Positions 45,938 to 55,010 of a DNA stretch of 64,000 bases are shown piece after piece. This stretch comes from a virus: positions 96,001 to 160,000 of IMG/VR virus record IMGVR_UViG_3300045988_145033; one strand, 5' to 3'. Positions within the stretch are counted from its first letter, which is position 1; each line of letters opens with the position of its first letter. The position numbers and the translations under genes were made by a program. The notes beneath the pieces were generated by a model. That model had not been told where the DNA came from and made no database searches. It was given only the letters and a program-made list of their open reading frames with translations.

Positions 45938-47824
45938 TTATTCTTCATCATTGAAATTAGGATTGTTTAATTTAACACCCATAGCCATAAATAGAGCATT
46001 TACATTTTGTATACTTTCTTGCTCTGTCATAGAATTTATGTATTTCAAATCATCAGGGTGAAGTGAGTTCACTTGAACGTCAGCAACAAGCGATGATTTT
46101 CTAACTGGTGTATTTCTTATTCTACTTTCACCTGTTCTTAATATAATACCACGAGAGTCAAAGCTACCCTTTGCTCTTAGAGACAACTGAGTTTCAGCAA
46201 CTTGCTTCAAAGGTGTTACAAAAAGTTTAGATACAAATGCTTCTCCTAAACACATTTCTCCATGTTCTGTATTCATATAAACTTTAGTTCTTTTTACGTT
46301 AAGTCCTACAGAGTTCATATAGTTACGAGCTTCATAGCAAGTACCAATAGTAGTTCCACTATGATAAGTAGATTGATACCAACGAATTTGTGGGTCTTTT
46401 ATAAAATCTTCAAATCCGCCATTTTCAAATTCATACTTATAAGCTTCATACATCTTCTTATCCATAATAGATAATATCTTTAAGATATGAGTTTTCATTT
46501 CATCTAGTGGCTTTAGCTTCTCTCTTATAAATCTTTCTATTACCATTGTGATATAAGTTTGAAACATTTCCATCGGAACTTCCATAATAGCACGATTAAA
46601 TAGTGCTAGACAGTTTCCAAGATATTCAAGGTTTCCATATTCTTTTGTGTAATATTTACCACTATTAAATACACTAGAAACTGTGAACTTATTTCCACAT
46701 CTACCTGTAATCTTTTGTCCATTTATAGGAACTTCTCTATCGACAGTTGTAATCTTTAAAACTATTGCTTTCTTTGAAAGTATTTTCTTATATTTAAAAC
46801 CGCCTTCTTTATCATAGATAGTTCTTAAGAAGTTATACTTATCTATAAAATCATATGAGAATTTAGATTCAGAATACTCATCATTTTCATAGAATTCTTT
46901 TAAGGAATCGAGTACCTCTCTTTCATACTTTCTAGTAGCTTCTATAAGTCCCGCAAGATATGTATTTTGACATTGTTCTCCAAGTTTTTGTCTACAAGTT
47001 ATATCAACTACTTTTCCTCTTGCATATACTCTTTTGTCATTCTTATTAACTGAATCCATTCCACTTGCGAGTTTCACTCTTTGATACTCTCCCTTTTGCT
47101 TTGCTATTGCTAAAAGTAAATCATTTTGTATATCTTCTCCTACAAGTGGGAAAGGTCTATAAGTATCATCAGTTCCATATAGATTCTTTAGTATATCATT
47201 ATCGACATCTATTATCTCCTCCGTAACTTGATACTTCCAACCAGCAAATCTTTCAGCTAGGCTCGTAGAAATCAGTCCTGCATCTTCGATAGATTTGACA
47301 TCAATAGATAATACAGATAAAGCATTTACTCCCCATTTATACTCCATATCCTCTCCATATGAATTAGTACGTATGATAGATTCGTCTTTTGGTATTTCAT
47401 CTCCTTCTTTATACGAAGATAAGTCATCTATCATTTTAACTCCATAGCCAGCTCCAGTTTCTTCATATCCGTGGAACTCTATATAGTTAAATTCATCGTT
47501 TTCTTTATCATATAGAATATACGAAGTCACACCACAATATTCTCCATTTATATACTTCGGAATAGCTTTACAAAGTGTATAGTTATTCTCGGCAAATATA
47601 TTTTTAGTAGATTTAAGAATATCATACGAGTATGCTGTATCTACTATTGGAACTTCACCGTTCTCTATTGGACGATACTGGTTCGAGGCATTCGAGAACA
47701 TATTACCTCTATTTTTGGAAACCATACCCTCGTGTGGTATTATGTTACCTTTACCATTGAACCTATCGAGCATTTCATTCCATTCAGGAATTTCCTTGTA
47801 TAGAGTTGTCTTTAATTCTTTCAT
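45938..47824 (-). CDS. multisubunit RNA polymerase beta subunit, C-terminal module
   Basis: GQKITGRCGNKF matches beta GDKMAGRHGNKG. Downstream HGEMCLGEAF matches FGEMEVWALEAYG. N-terminal GNMFSNASNQYRP resembles motif NMQRQAVP. 628 aa. Confidence 0.6.
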   Translation of the reverse strand: MKELKTTLYKEIPEWNEMLDRFNGKGNIIPHEGMVSKNRGNMFSNASNQYRPIENGEVPIVDTAYSYDILKSTKNIFAENNYTLCKAIPKYINGEYCGVTSYILYDKENDEFNYIEFHGYEETGAGYGVKMIDDLSSYKEGDEIPKDESIIRTNSYGEDMEYKWGVNALSVLSIDVKSIEDAGLISTSLAERFAGWKYQVTEEIIDVDNDILKNLYGTDDTYRPFPLVGEDIQNDLLLAIAKQKGEYQRVKLASGMDSVNKNDKRVYARGKVVDITCRQKLGEQCQNTYLAGLIEATRKYEREVLDSLKEFYENDEYSESKFSYDFIDKYNFLRTIYDKEGGFKYKKILSKKAIVLKITTVDREVPINGQKITGRCGNKFTVSSVFNSGKYYTKEYGNLEYLGNCLALFNRAIMEVPMEMFQTYITMVIERFIREKLKPLDEMKTHILKILSIMDKKMYEAYKYEFENGGFEDFIKDPQIRWYQSTYHSGTTIGTCYEARNYMNSVGLNVKRTKVYMNTEHGEMCLGEAFVSKLFVTPLKQVAETQLSLRAKGSFDSRGIILRTGESRIRNTPVRKSSLVADVQVNSLHPDDLKYINSMTEQESIQNVNALFMAMGVKLNNPNFNDEE

Positions 47825-47862
47825 TTACTTTTCCTCCTTTAAACTTAAATTAACACATCTTG

Positions 47863-47882
47863 TGTCTACATATATAATATAT
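47863..47882 (-). promoter_or_regulatory. early/middle promoter, class B (drives the RNAP beta-C gene)
   Basis: TATATATTATATATGTAGAC, about 50 nt upstream of the ATG. Confidence 0.5.
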
Positions 47883-47888
47883 AGATAA

Positions 47889-47922
47889 AAAATAAAGGGT
47901 GGGTTTAACCACCCCAGTATTT
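47889..47922 (-). terminator. intrinsic terminator (gggtgg-gtttaa-ccaccc)
   Basis: Downstream of the lipoprotein gene. Confidence 0.55.
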
Positions 47923-48552
47923 TTAATTTCCAGTTAATTCTCTAGCTCTTTTTGCAAAGTCTGTAAAATTTTGACTTTGATATTGAACTGAAGTTACAAC
48001 GTGGTCCACTCTTTTGATTTGGTTGTTATACCATTGAATAGCTTCTTGCGGACCATATGTTCTTTCTATTCCGTTTTTGATAGATGCGATATGTTGTAAG
48101 AAATCTTTAGATTGTCCTAATATTAATATCTTATCATCACCTTGAATAGTGAATGGAATAAATATAGCCATTCTATCCCAAGTAATCATTACTTGTCCGG
48201 AATAGTCATTGAAGTATATCATATAAACATAGTGTCTTCTAACTCCAATACTATCAGCATACTTATCTACTCTAGCTACAGTATCTCCAATACTGTATCC
48301 TTTATAAGTAGATTGTAATACCTTATTAGTTATAGATAAATCAAATTCATTGAAATCTCTAACATCCCACGCTTCAGTATCATTTATATAATACTTAACG
48401 TAATTAAGATATTCAGATGAAGATAAATAACTGTAGTCTACATTACTCGCGTATCCCACATCTTGATTCTTTCTACCAGCACAATAAGCATCACAACTTA
48501 CAAACATTAAACTCATTACCATAACCATTAAAACCTTTACTAATTTTTTCAT
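47923..48552 (-). CDS. secreted protein or lipoprotein, about 209 aa
   Basis: Signal peptide MKKLVKVLMVMVMSLMFVSC with Cys at the end of the h-region. ATG at 48552 preceded by GGAGG. Own promoter-like element and own terminator. Confidence 0.5.
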   Translation of the reverse strand: MKKLVKVLMVMVMSLMFVSCDAYCAGRKNQDVGYASNVDYSYLSSSEYLNYVKYYINDTEAWDVRDFNEFDLSITNKVLQSTYKGYSIGDTVARVDKYADSIGVRRHYVYMIYFNDYSGQVMITWDRMAIFIPFTIQGDDKILILGQSKDFLQHIASIKNGIERTYGPQEAIQWYNNQIKRVDHVVTSVQYQSQNFTDFAKRARELTGN

Positions 48553-48601
48553 AATAAATACCTCCATAAATTTTTTATTTTGCTTTCGGATATTTCCGTC
48601 G

Positions 48602-48625
48602 CTTACGTTTATTATATATGTATAC
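48602..48625 (-). promoter_or_regulatory. early promoter variant (drives the lipoprotein gene)
   Basis: ATACATATATAATAAACGTAAGCGAC. Confidence 0.4.
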
Positions 48626-48660
48626 AAAAAAGAAAGGTGTAAGTAAATTACACCAATCCT
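48626..48660 (-). terminator. intrinsic terminator (ggtgtaagtaaattacacc) overlapping the HTH gene stop
   Basis: Hairpin plus TTTCTTTTTTG on the minus strand. Confidence 0.5.
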
Positions 48661-48989
48661 TTTAGTGATTTGAATTTTTTAATTAGGTTATAGACCTTAA
48701 CCAAATCGCTTTGAGATAGACTAACTATCTCACTATTTATTTCAGAAATGTAATCTACCAAATCCTCACATAAAAGGTAACGGATATCTACCTTCAATGC
48801 TCTTGACAAGTTAGATAAAGATGAGACCTTAATTTTCTTAAACACACAAGTCTCGTACTTGTGAACTTGCATATATGTCTCTCCAATTAAGTCACCAAGT
48901 TCACTTTGAGAAAGCCCTAATCTAGTTCTTTCTCTGAAAATCCTTCTTGCCATTTCTCTAGTCAATTCCACTCTTAGTATTGCTGTCAT
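48648..48989 (-). CDS. XRE-family helix-turn-helix transcriptional regulator
   Basis: LGLSQSELGDLIGETYMQVHKYE is a typical HTH_3. 113 aa. Class A promoter plus leader. Confidence 0.6.
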   Translation of the reverse strand: MTAILRVELTREMARRIFRERTRLGLSQSELGDLIGETYMQVHKYETCVFKKIKVSSLSNLSRALKVDIRYLLCEDLVDYISEINSEIVSLSQSDLVKVYNLIKKFKSLKGLV

Positions 48990-49031
48990 ATCTAGTACCT
49001 CCTTAAGGGTATTAAATTATCCCGATGAGTT

Positions 49032-49047
49032 CTTAAGCCTTCTTAAG
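49032..49047 (-). promoter_or_regulatory. conserved 5'-leader hairpin (CUUAAG-AAGG-CUUAAG)
   Basis: Same. Confidence 0.5.
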
Positions 49048-49058
49048 TTTACTCTTGG

Positions 49059-49086
49059 GTCTACATTTATTATATATAATTGAAAA
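49059..49086 (-). promoter_or_regulatory. early promoter, class A (drives the HTH regulator)
   Basis: TTTCAATTATATATAATAAATGTAGAC. Confidence 0.5.
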
Positions 49087-49094
49087 AAAAACGT

Positions 49095-49475
49095 CTATTT
49101 TCGTATTTCTATAAATCTATCTCCTTTATATACTATGACTTCTATAAGAGATTTATATTCATCTTGTATTTCAAATAGTATAGTAAATCTAGGTTCATTT
49201 TCGGTATATACACCTTTTGCTTTAGTTTCTTTATATAGACGTATATTAGATATATCTCTCATAGATACTTCTAATACCTTTACATCTTTATGATATTTAT
49301 TAATATAATAAACTGTAAGCTCATTCACGTACTCATCTACGGTTTTAACAACTGGTGGCTTAGGTCTCATAATAGACATATTAATATTTAAAATTGTTAT
49401 ACCTATTGATGCGAATATTCCTAGTACAAGAAAAAGGGACACAATATCCCTTTTAGTAATTTTTTGTAAATTCAT
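49095..49475 (-). CDS. N-terminally membrane-anchored protein, 126 aa
   Basis: TM IVSLFLVLGIFASIGITILNI. RBS AAGGAGG. Confidence 0.45.
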   Translation of the reverse strand: MNLQKITKRDIVSLFLVLGIFASIGITILNINMSIMRPKPPVVKTVDEYVNELTVYYINKYHKDVKVLEVSMRDISNIRLYKETKAKGVYTENEPRFTILFEIQDEYKSLIEVIVYKGDRFIEIRK

Positions 49476-49487
49476 TATATAACCTCC

Positions 49488-50807
49488 TTAAAATATCTCA
49501 TCTAACATATTTCTCATTTTAGTGACTTCAGCAAGGTTATCTACGTGTCTTGTATACTTTTCAAAGTTCTTAGCGTATACTTCAAATACTTTTCTTCTAA
49601 AAGCTTCGTCTTCCATAAACTTAGGGAAGAAGTCTTTTCTATAAAATTTATTTTCTTTGTCTCCTTTTAAATACTTATAAGAACCAGCGTCTTCTAAAAC
49701 TGTATGAGTTGACATCATATCAACTATAGTTGACATAAGTGGATTAAATCCATAAAGTGGGTCAGCTACTATACAGAATTTAGTTGTAGCATCGTGCATA
49801 GCAAATCTTGATTTATACACATTACATTCAACTGTCTTTGAGTCAGGAACTTTAAGTCCTAAATCTTCTTCAAGTTTTGCTGCACTATCATATTTATACT
49901 TATTAAGTATTACACCAAACTCAGTTTCGAACTCAAGTTGTTTTCCACCAGAGATATTAACTTTCTTATCAAGTACAGCATAAGACTTTTGAGAATAAGT
50001 TACGTCCATTCCAATCTTTTCACCGACGTGTACTATCGCAAATAGCATAATATTAGCTTCTAGCATAAATGGTCTCATTTGTTCTAAATACATTCCATTG
50101 AAGTTATTTCTTCTTGCGTGGAAAGTGTTAGAAGCTTCGTCTGTTATATCAAGTTGTGTACTTCTAAGCTGTGTCCACGAATCGACCACAAGAACTGTAG
50201 GAACGTACTTCTTTGTAGGTTCGCCGTCCATATTTATAGTATCATACATAAATTTATCAGGAGCTTCAGTCTTTAATTTATATAAATCCATAACTAACTT
50301 AAATAAGCCTTCGATAGATGTGTGCTTTTTATGTCTGTGAGTTATTCTTATAAGATTATTACGAATAGCATCGTTTCCTAACCCACAACACACTTGCATC
50401 CAGTCAGCTTCTAAACCTTCTTCGGGAGTAAAGTATTCTATCCAAGATGGCATACCTTTTTGTATGAATGGTCTCACAATATTACCCGCTATATTCATTG
50501 CAAATACCGATTTACCTTTATGTGTAGTTCCACCTATAGTAAATAGAACCCCATCTCTTAATCCTCTATTTTTAATAATCTTATCTTTGTCTACTCTACT
50601 TGGATTATTTCTACCTAAAAAGAAATCAATAGTCATAAATCCTGTAGGATAGCAAACTCTATTTAAGTTATACTCTGCTCTTTTATCTCTTACTTTTTGA
50701 TATTTCTTAAGCTCCTCATCAAGTTGATTTGAAATCTTCATCTCGATTTCTTCCATTTGTTTTATTTCTTCTTCTGTCATATCTTGAAAGTCTTCTTTGA
50801 TAGCCAT
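49488..50807 (-). CDS. DnaB-like replicative helicase (RecA-fold ATPase)
   Basis: Walker A FTIGGTTHKGKSVFAMNIAGN matches DnaB GxxxxGKTAFALNIA. Walker B VLVVDSWTQL. ATG immediately after the upstream TAA. Confidence 0.5.
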   Translation of the reverse strand: MAIKEDFQDMTEEEIKQMEEIEMKISNQLDEELKKYQKVRDKRAEYNLNRVCYPTGFMTIDFFLGRNNPSRVDKDKIIKNRGLRDGVLFTIGGTTHKGKSVFAMNIAGNIVRPFIQKGMPSWIEYFTPEEGLEADWMQVCCGLGNDAIRNNLIRITHRHKKHTSIEGLFKLVMDLYKLKTEAPDKFMYDTINMDGEPTKKYVPTVLVVDSWTQLRSTQLDITDEASNTFHARRNNFNGMYLEQMRPFMLEANIMLFAIVHVGEKIGMDVTYSQKSYAVLDKKVNISGGKQLEFETEFGVILNKYKYDSAAKLEEDLGLKVPDSKTVECNVYKSRFAMHDATTKFCIVADPLYGFNPLMSTIVDMMSTHTVLEDAGSYKYLKGDKENKFYRKDFFPKFMEDEAFRRKVFEVYAKNFEKYTRHVDNLAEVTKMRNMLDEIF

Positions 50808-51080
50808 TTATTCATCTTCTCCTTCTTCTCCGTCTTTTATTACATTGTCAATCCTGTCTTTGATATCGTAAGTAAAACTCATATTTCTTGAATTTAATGT
50901 AACTATACTTCCAGCATTTACTAAGATATCTGTGAGCACATCTGTACTATCTTCAGTCATATTTCGAGTACACACATTTATAATTCTTTCGATAAACTTT
51001 AATATCTCTGTATTATTCTTGGAGATATTATCAGCATTTACTCGTATTAAATCATACTCCCCTTTTAAATATAAACCCAT
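50808..51080 (-). CDS. hypothetical protein, 90 aa
   Basis: RBS AAGGAGG. Late element with TAGATTAA upstream. Confidence 0.45.
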   Translation of the reverse strand: MGLYLKGEYDLIRVNADNISKNNTEILKFIERIINVCTRNMTEDSTDVLTDILVNAGSIVTLNSRNMSFTYDIKDRIDNVIKDGEEGEDE

Positions 51081-51105
51081 TTGTTGCCTCCTTTTTAAAT
51101 TAATC

Positions 51106-51117
51106 TAAAATCGTGTT
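51106..51117 (-). promoter_or_regulatory. late promoter AACAcgatttTAGATTAA
   Basis: Minus strand, upstream of 50808..51080 and the helicase operon. Confidence 0.5.
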
Positions 51118-51134
51118 CCTTGCAAAAGACAAAA

Positions 51135-51160
51135 AATATGGGGTTTTCACCCCATATTAT
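51135..51160 (-). terminator. intrinsic terminator overlapping the SLT gene stop (atatggggt-tttca-ccccatat)
   Basis: Palindrome spanning the TGA. Confidence 0.45.
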
Positions 51161-52178
51161 AAACTATTTTTCCTTTTAATATATTATTTGCTTCTTTCCT
51201 TGAAAGTCCTAAAGCTACCATATTATTTACAAGTTTAGTTCTATAACTATTTGCATAATATTTAGGAGAACCACAATACTCTCCCATAGCTCTATCGTAG
51301 CTTCCGTGCTTTTTAAGATACTTAAAATATCCTAGCATATACTCTATACTAACCATAGGGTCTTTTAATCTTTCGTGGTTATACGGAGTATTGTAACCAA
51401 GTACATTACTATGTATATACTCTCCTGTACCTCTTACTATTTGTCCTAAGCCTGTTGCTGATGATTTCTTATTTTTAGCACTAGCATAGAAGTTTGATTC
51501 TCCCGCAACTATTCCTAAAACTACATAAGGATTTACATTATATTCTCTTGCCTTATCAAATACATCATCTAAGAAGTCATAAGTCATATAAGATACATCT
51601 CTTCCATATGATTTAGCTTTAGCTATTATTATATCATATTTTGCATATTTATTCAGAAGTCTAGCTTCATTCTTTTCAACTTCTTTTTCTATCTCTTCTT
51701 TATACTCTGATTTAGTTTCAGGTATCTTAAGTTTCCCATTTATTATATCAATTTCTACATCTCTATAATACATAGTAGGAAAGCTTATATGGTATACACT
51801 ACCAAGTGGAGTTAGATTAAATACCTTTTTAACTGAAGCATCTTTTCCTTTTGGTTTATATACTTGCTTCGCTTCTTTATGCTCTCCTATAGTCTTTATT
51901 TCTTTTTCTTCTATTTCTTTACCACTTTTAACTATAACCGCATCTTTTTTAGATTCTAAATCTGCTATTTTCTTTTTAAGTTCAATATTTTCTTTTGTAG
52001 CAACGTCAAGCTCATACTTTGCATTTTCTAAATCCATTTTAATTCTATTAGCTTCTTTCTTTCCAGCATGAGAAGCTATCATATAAGTCATTGCAAAGTT
52101 CATTATAAATATTATACCCGTAAATAGTATAAACATTTTGAACGCCCGTTTATTTAATTTTCCTTTATTATCTACCAT
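51147..52178 (-). CDS. membrane-anchored lytic transglycosylase (SLT domain) with a coiled coil
   Basis: N-terminal TM. SLT catalytic motif GESNFYASAKNKKSSATGLGQIV. Confidence 0.55.
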   Translation of the reverse strand: MVDNKGKLNKRAFKMFILFTGIIFIMNFAMTYMIASHAGKKEANRIKMDLENAKYELDVATKENIELKKKIADLESKKDAVIVKSGKEIEEKEIKTIGEHKEAKQVYKPKGKDASVKKVFNLTPLGSVYHISFPTMYYRDVEIDIINGKLKIPETKSEYKEEIEKEVEKNEARLLNKYAKYDIIIAKAKSYGRDVSYMTYDFLDDVFDKAREYNVNPYVVLGIVAGESNFYASAKNKKSSATGLGQIVRGTGEYIHSNVLGYNTPYNHERLKDPMVSIEYMLGYFKYLKKHGSYDRAMGEYCGSPKYYANSYRTKLVNNMVALGLSRKEANNILKGKIVYNMG

Positions 52179-52189
52179 TATTATACCTC

Positions 52190-52873
52190 CTAGTAATCTT
52201 TATCTAAAAATCCCGGCTCTATACCCATACCGTAGTAACAAGCCGTAATGTATTTAAGTGCTACTTTGCCATCTTCAGGTGCTTCAGGAATATTAGTTCT
52301 TCCTGTATTTCTTATATTAGTATATGCTTCCTTTTTAGCTATATCATTATCTGCTCTAAAAGTAAACATTTCTTCTATAACTTTTTCATATCCTCCAGAT
52401 AGAAGTTGAGCAACTTCGTTATCTGAAATACCTGCACCTTTTGAACCGTTTACAACTTGGTTAGTCTTATCTCTCATTACTATATCTTCAGAGTGACGGT
52501 TTTCCCCTTGAGCCGTTTGCATAAGCTTTATAACAGGAACACGAAGTATTATCTGTTTCTTGTCTGATATGGGTGCTCCTATTTCTGGGTCATTCATCAT
52601 AAAAGGCATAGTAACTCTTTCCTCTAAATTACGTCCAAGCACTTCTTTATAAGACTTTGCAATATTTGCTAAAGTAAAAGTCTTTTCAAGTGGAAGCTCT
52701 TTTACTCTCATAACTCCCTCTTTTAGAAACGCTTTAAACTCATTATCGTCCATAGCTCCAAATAATACTTTATAATGATTATAATTTGCAGCCTTTTTTG
52801 TATCTCCACCTTCAGCTATAAGTAACATATCTAAAAGTCTTTTCTTACATTTTTCTATTTTAGCATCAGCCAT
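52190..52873 (-). CDS. hypothetical protein, 227 aa
   Basis: RBS GGAGG. Confidence 0.45.
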   Translation of the reverse strand: MADAKIEKCKKRLLDMLLIAEGGDTKKAANYNHYKVLFGAMDDNEFKAFLKEGVMRVKELPLEKTFTLANIAKSYKEVLGRNLEERVTMPFMMNDPEIGAPISDKKQIILRVPVIKLMQTAQGENRHSEDIVMRDKTNQVVNGSKGAGISDNEVAQLLSGGYEKVIEEMFTFRADNDIAKKEAYTNIRNTGRTNIPEAPEDGKVALKYITACYYGMGIEPGFLDKDY

Positions 52874-52882
52874 TTAAACCTC

Positions 52883-54031
52883 CTAACTCATCTTAACGAT
52901 GATATCATATATTAAAACTATGTGTAGCTTTAAAAAGCTTCTTGGGAACTCTCTTCCTCTTATTTGATATTTAGCTTTCATTGCTTCAGGAAACGTCATA
53001 TCAATATGCTTTGCTTTTGCTACTATTCCTACGAAGTTACGCTTCATCGCTTCAAATGAAAATGATGGAGCTTTTTCTCCATAGAAATCAACTAGATACT
53101 CACAGTAAGTAATTACATCTTTTAAATGTTCTTCATATATCTTTTTAAATTCTTCATAATACATAGTATTATTTGTACGACGAACGAGTGATGCGTCAAG
53201 TCCTAATGATAACTTTTCAGCAATTTGTGCTTTAAGCGAAGCAAGTTTTATAGTTTCGTTTTCTACAGTTATATTAGTTTCTTCATCATATACGTCCTTT
53301 TGGTCATATAATCTTTCGTTCTTGTATTGGTCATATAAATCTCTTACACCTCTCATATTATGATTTACACGAGTTCTTATACTCATCAAGATATATACAA
53401 CAACATCATCTATTAAAAGCTCATCTTTTTTAAATTTATTTTTAATAAACTCATCTGTTACAGTTTTCATTATAGCCTTAACCATACCTAAAGATGAACC
53501 TTCAGATTTTAAAAGATACTTTTGTGACATTACTGGTTTATTATCTTTCATTCCATATACTATAAATCTCATTATCCCCGGATTTAAACTACCATTTTTA
53601 GTATAGTATTTATACATAAGTCCAGTTAAGAATTTAATACCTAGAAATTCTATAAACTCTCTTTTTCCAGTTTCTAAATAAGATATAAGTAAGGCTAAAG
53701 ATAATGGGTCATTAGGAGTATCCCAGCCAAGTTTTAATATTCTATGTGTATGAGCAAATGCTCTAAACTCACCCTCATCAATTCCATAAGCCTGCATGAA
53801 TTTTCTTCTTTCTCCATTTCCAAATACAACAAGTTCAAGAAGTGGAGTAGCAAGAGCATCAGCATTTCTTGTCATATAATCAGCTATCAGTCTTAGAACT
53901 TGTGGGTGCTTCTTAGTTATGTCTTTACCGCCGAAAAACTCATATATTTCTCTTGTAGCTTCTTTTGGGTCATAGACTTTCAGATTAATATCTGAACTTT
54001 TCTTTTCTATGTCCTTATCGTTAAACTTCAT
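52883..54031 (-). CDS. hypothetical protein, 382 aa
   Basis: RBS AGAGGTG. Confidence 0.45.
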   Translation of the reverse strand: MKFNDKDIEKKSSDINLKVYDPKEATREIYEFFGGKDITKKHPQVLRLIADYMTRNADALATPLLELVVFGNGERRKFMQAYGIDEGEFRAFAHTHRILKLGWDTPNDPLSLALLISYLETGKREFIEFLGIKFLTGLMYKYYTKNGSLNPGIMRFIVYGMKDNKPVMSQKYLLKSEGSSLGMVKAIMKTVTDEFIKNKFKKDELLIDDVVVYILMSIRTRVNHNMRGVRDLYDQYKNERLYDQKDVYDEETNITVENETIKLASLKAQIAEKLSLGLDASLVRRTNNTMYYEEFKKIYEEHLKDVITYCEYLVDFYGEKAPSFSFEAMKRNFVGIVAKAKHIDMTFPEAMKAKYQIRGREFPRSFLKLHIVLIYDIIVKMS

Positions 54032-54077
54032 AAATTATCACCTCTTTCTCAAAAAAATGTTAGTGACAGATATGAAA

Positions 54078-54116
54078 ACCAAAAATAAAGGGTGAGGATA
54101 AACCCCACCCAATATT
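54078..54116 (-). terminator. intrinsic terminator, same family (gggtgaggataaaccccaccc)
   Basis: Downstream of 54117..54950. Confidence 0.55.
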
Positions 54117-54950
54117 TTATCTTTTCTTTAAGCTACCTTTGAAACTTGGTTTTTCAACCGAACCTTCACCAGCTTTATTTATAGCGTTACCTGTTCCAAA
54201 AGGAGATTTGAATTCCTCTCTTCTTATTGGACCATGTGCTGTAAGTCTTGGACCGAAACTTTCACGTTTGTTAATTTCTGTAAAAGTTTCAACTATTTCA
54301 CTACCTTCAACGAAAGCATCAGCCGCAGTTGTTGCAGGTACGACACTAGCTTGACTTGCTATCTTACCATTAGTAAGATTAATTAAGTCTTGGAATATAC
54401 CGATTTCCCCGTCGATATATTGTAAGAAGTTCGCTCTTGTATATTTCATAGCGTCTTCTGTTAAAAGTCTTAGTGCATAGTTTTGTCCTACGAATCCCTT
54501 GTATGCTGGGTTTTCCATACCAGAGTTCGCAACGTCAGTTAAAGTTCTTGCAGGTATTGACCAATATTGCATATCTTTAACCATTTTTAATAAGTCTCTC
54601 GCAGTTTCAAATAAGTTCAAAAGACTTCTTTGTTCTTCTCCAACCTTTACCATATTTGGTTGGAAAAATGTATAGGCATATTTACCAGTAGCTTCATTTT
54701 TAGCTACTCCATAAACAGTGCCTTTTAAAGTTAAAGTATCTTCACCAATTCTGTAAGTACGAGTTTCCTCTTTAATCTTTTGTAAAGATACCTCGAAACC
54801 TGATACGTTTCCTGTCGTATCGATTTTTGGAACAACCCCTATATCTAGTTGTCCCGGATTGATGTGTTCTATGATATCGTTTACTGATTCACTGAACACT
54901 CCTTGCACATTTCTTGTTGATGGTTTGACATTCTTAAAGTTTACTGTCAT
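54117..54950 (-). CDS. hypothetical protein, 277 aa
   Basis: RBS AAGGAGG. Class B promoter. Terminator downstream. Confidence 0.5.
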   Translation of the reverse strand: MTVNFKNVKPSTRNVQGVFSESVNDIIEHINPGQLDIGVVPKIDTTGNVSGFEVSLQKIKEETRTYRIGEDTLTLKGTVYGVAKNEATGKYAYTFFQPNMVKVGEEQRSLLNLFETARDLLKMVKDMQYWSIPARTLTDVANSGMENPAYKGFVGQNYALRLLTEDAMKYTRANFLQYIDGEIGIFQDLINLTNGKIASQASVVPATTAADAFVEGSEIVETFTEINKRESFGPRLTAHGPIRREEFKSPFGTGNAINKAGEGSVEKPSFKGSLKKR

Positions 54951-54988
54951 TTTTAATTCCTCCTTAAAATTTTTTATTTAACCTCTCG

Positions 54989-55010
54989 GTCTACGTATAT
55001 AATATATATT
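54989..55010 (-). promoter_or_regulatory. class B promoter
   Basis: TATATATTATATACGTAGAC upstream of 54117..54950. Confidence 0.5.
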
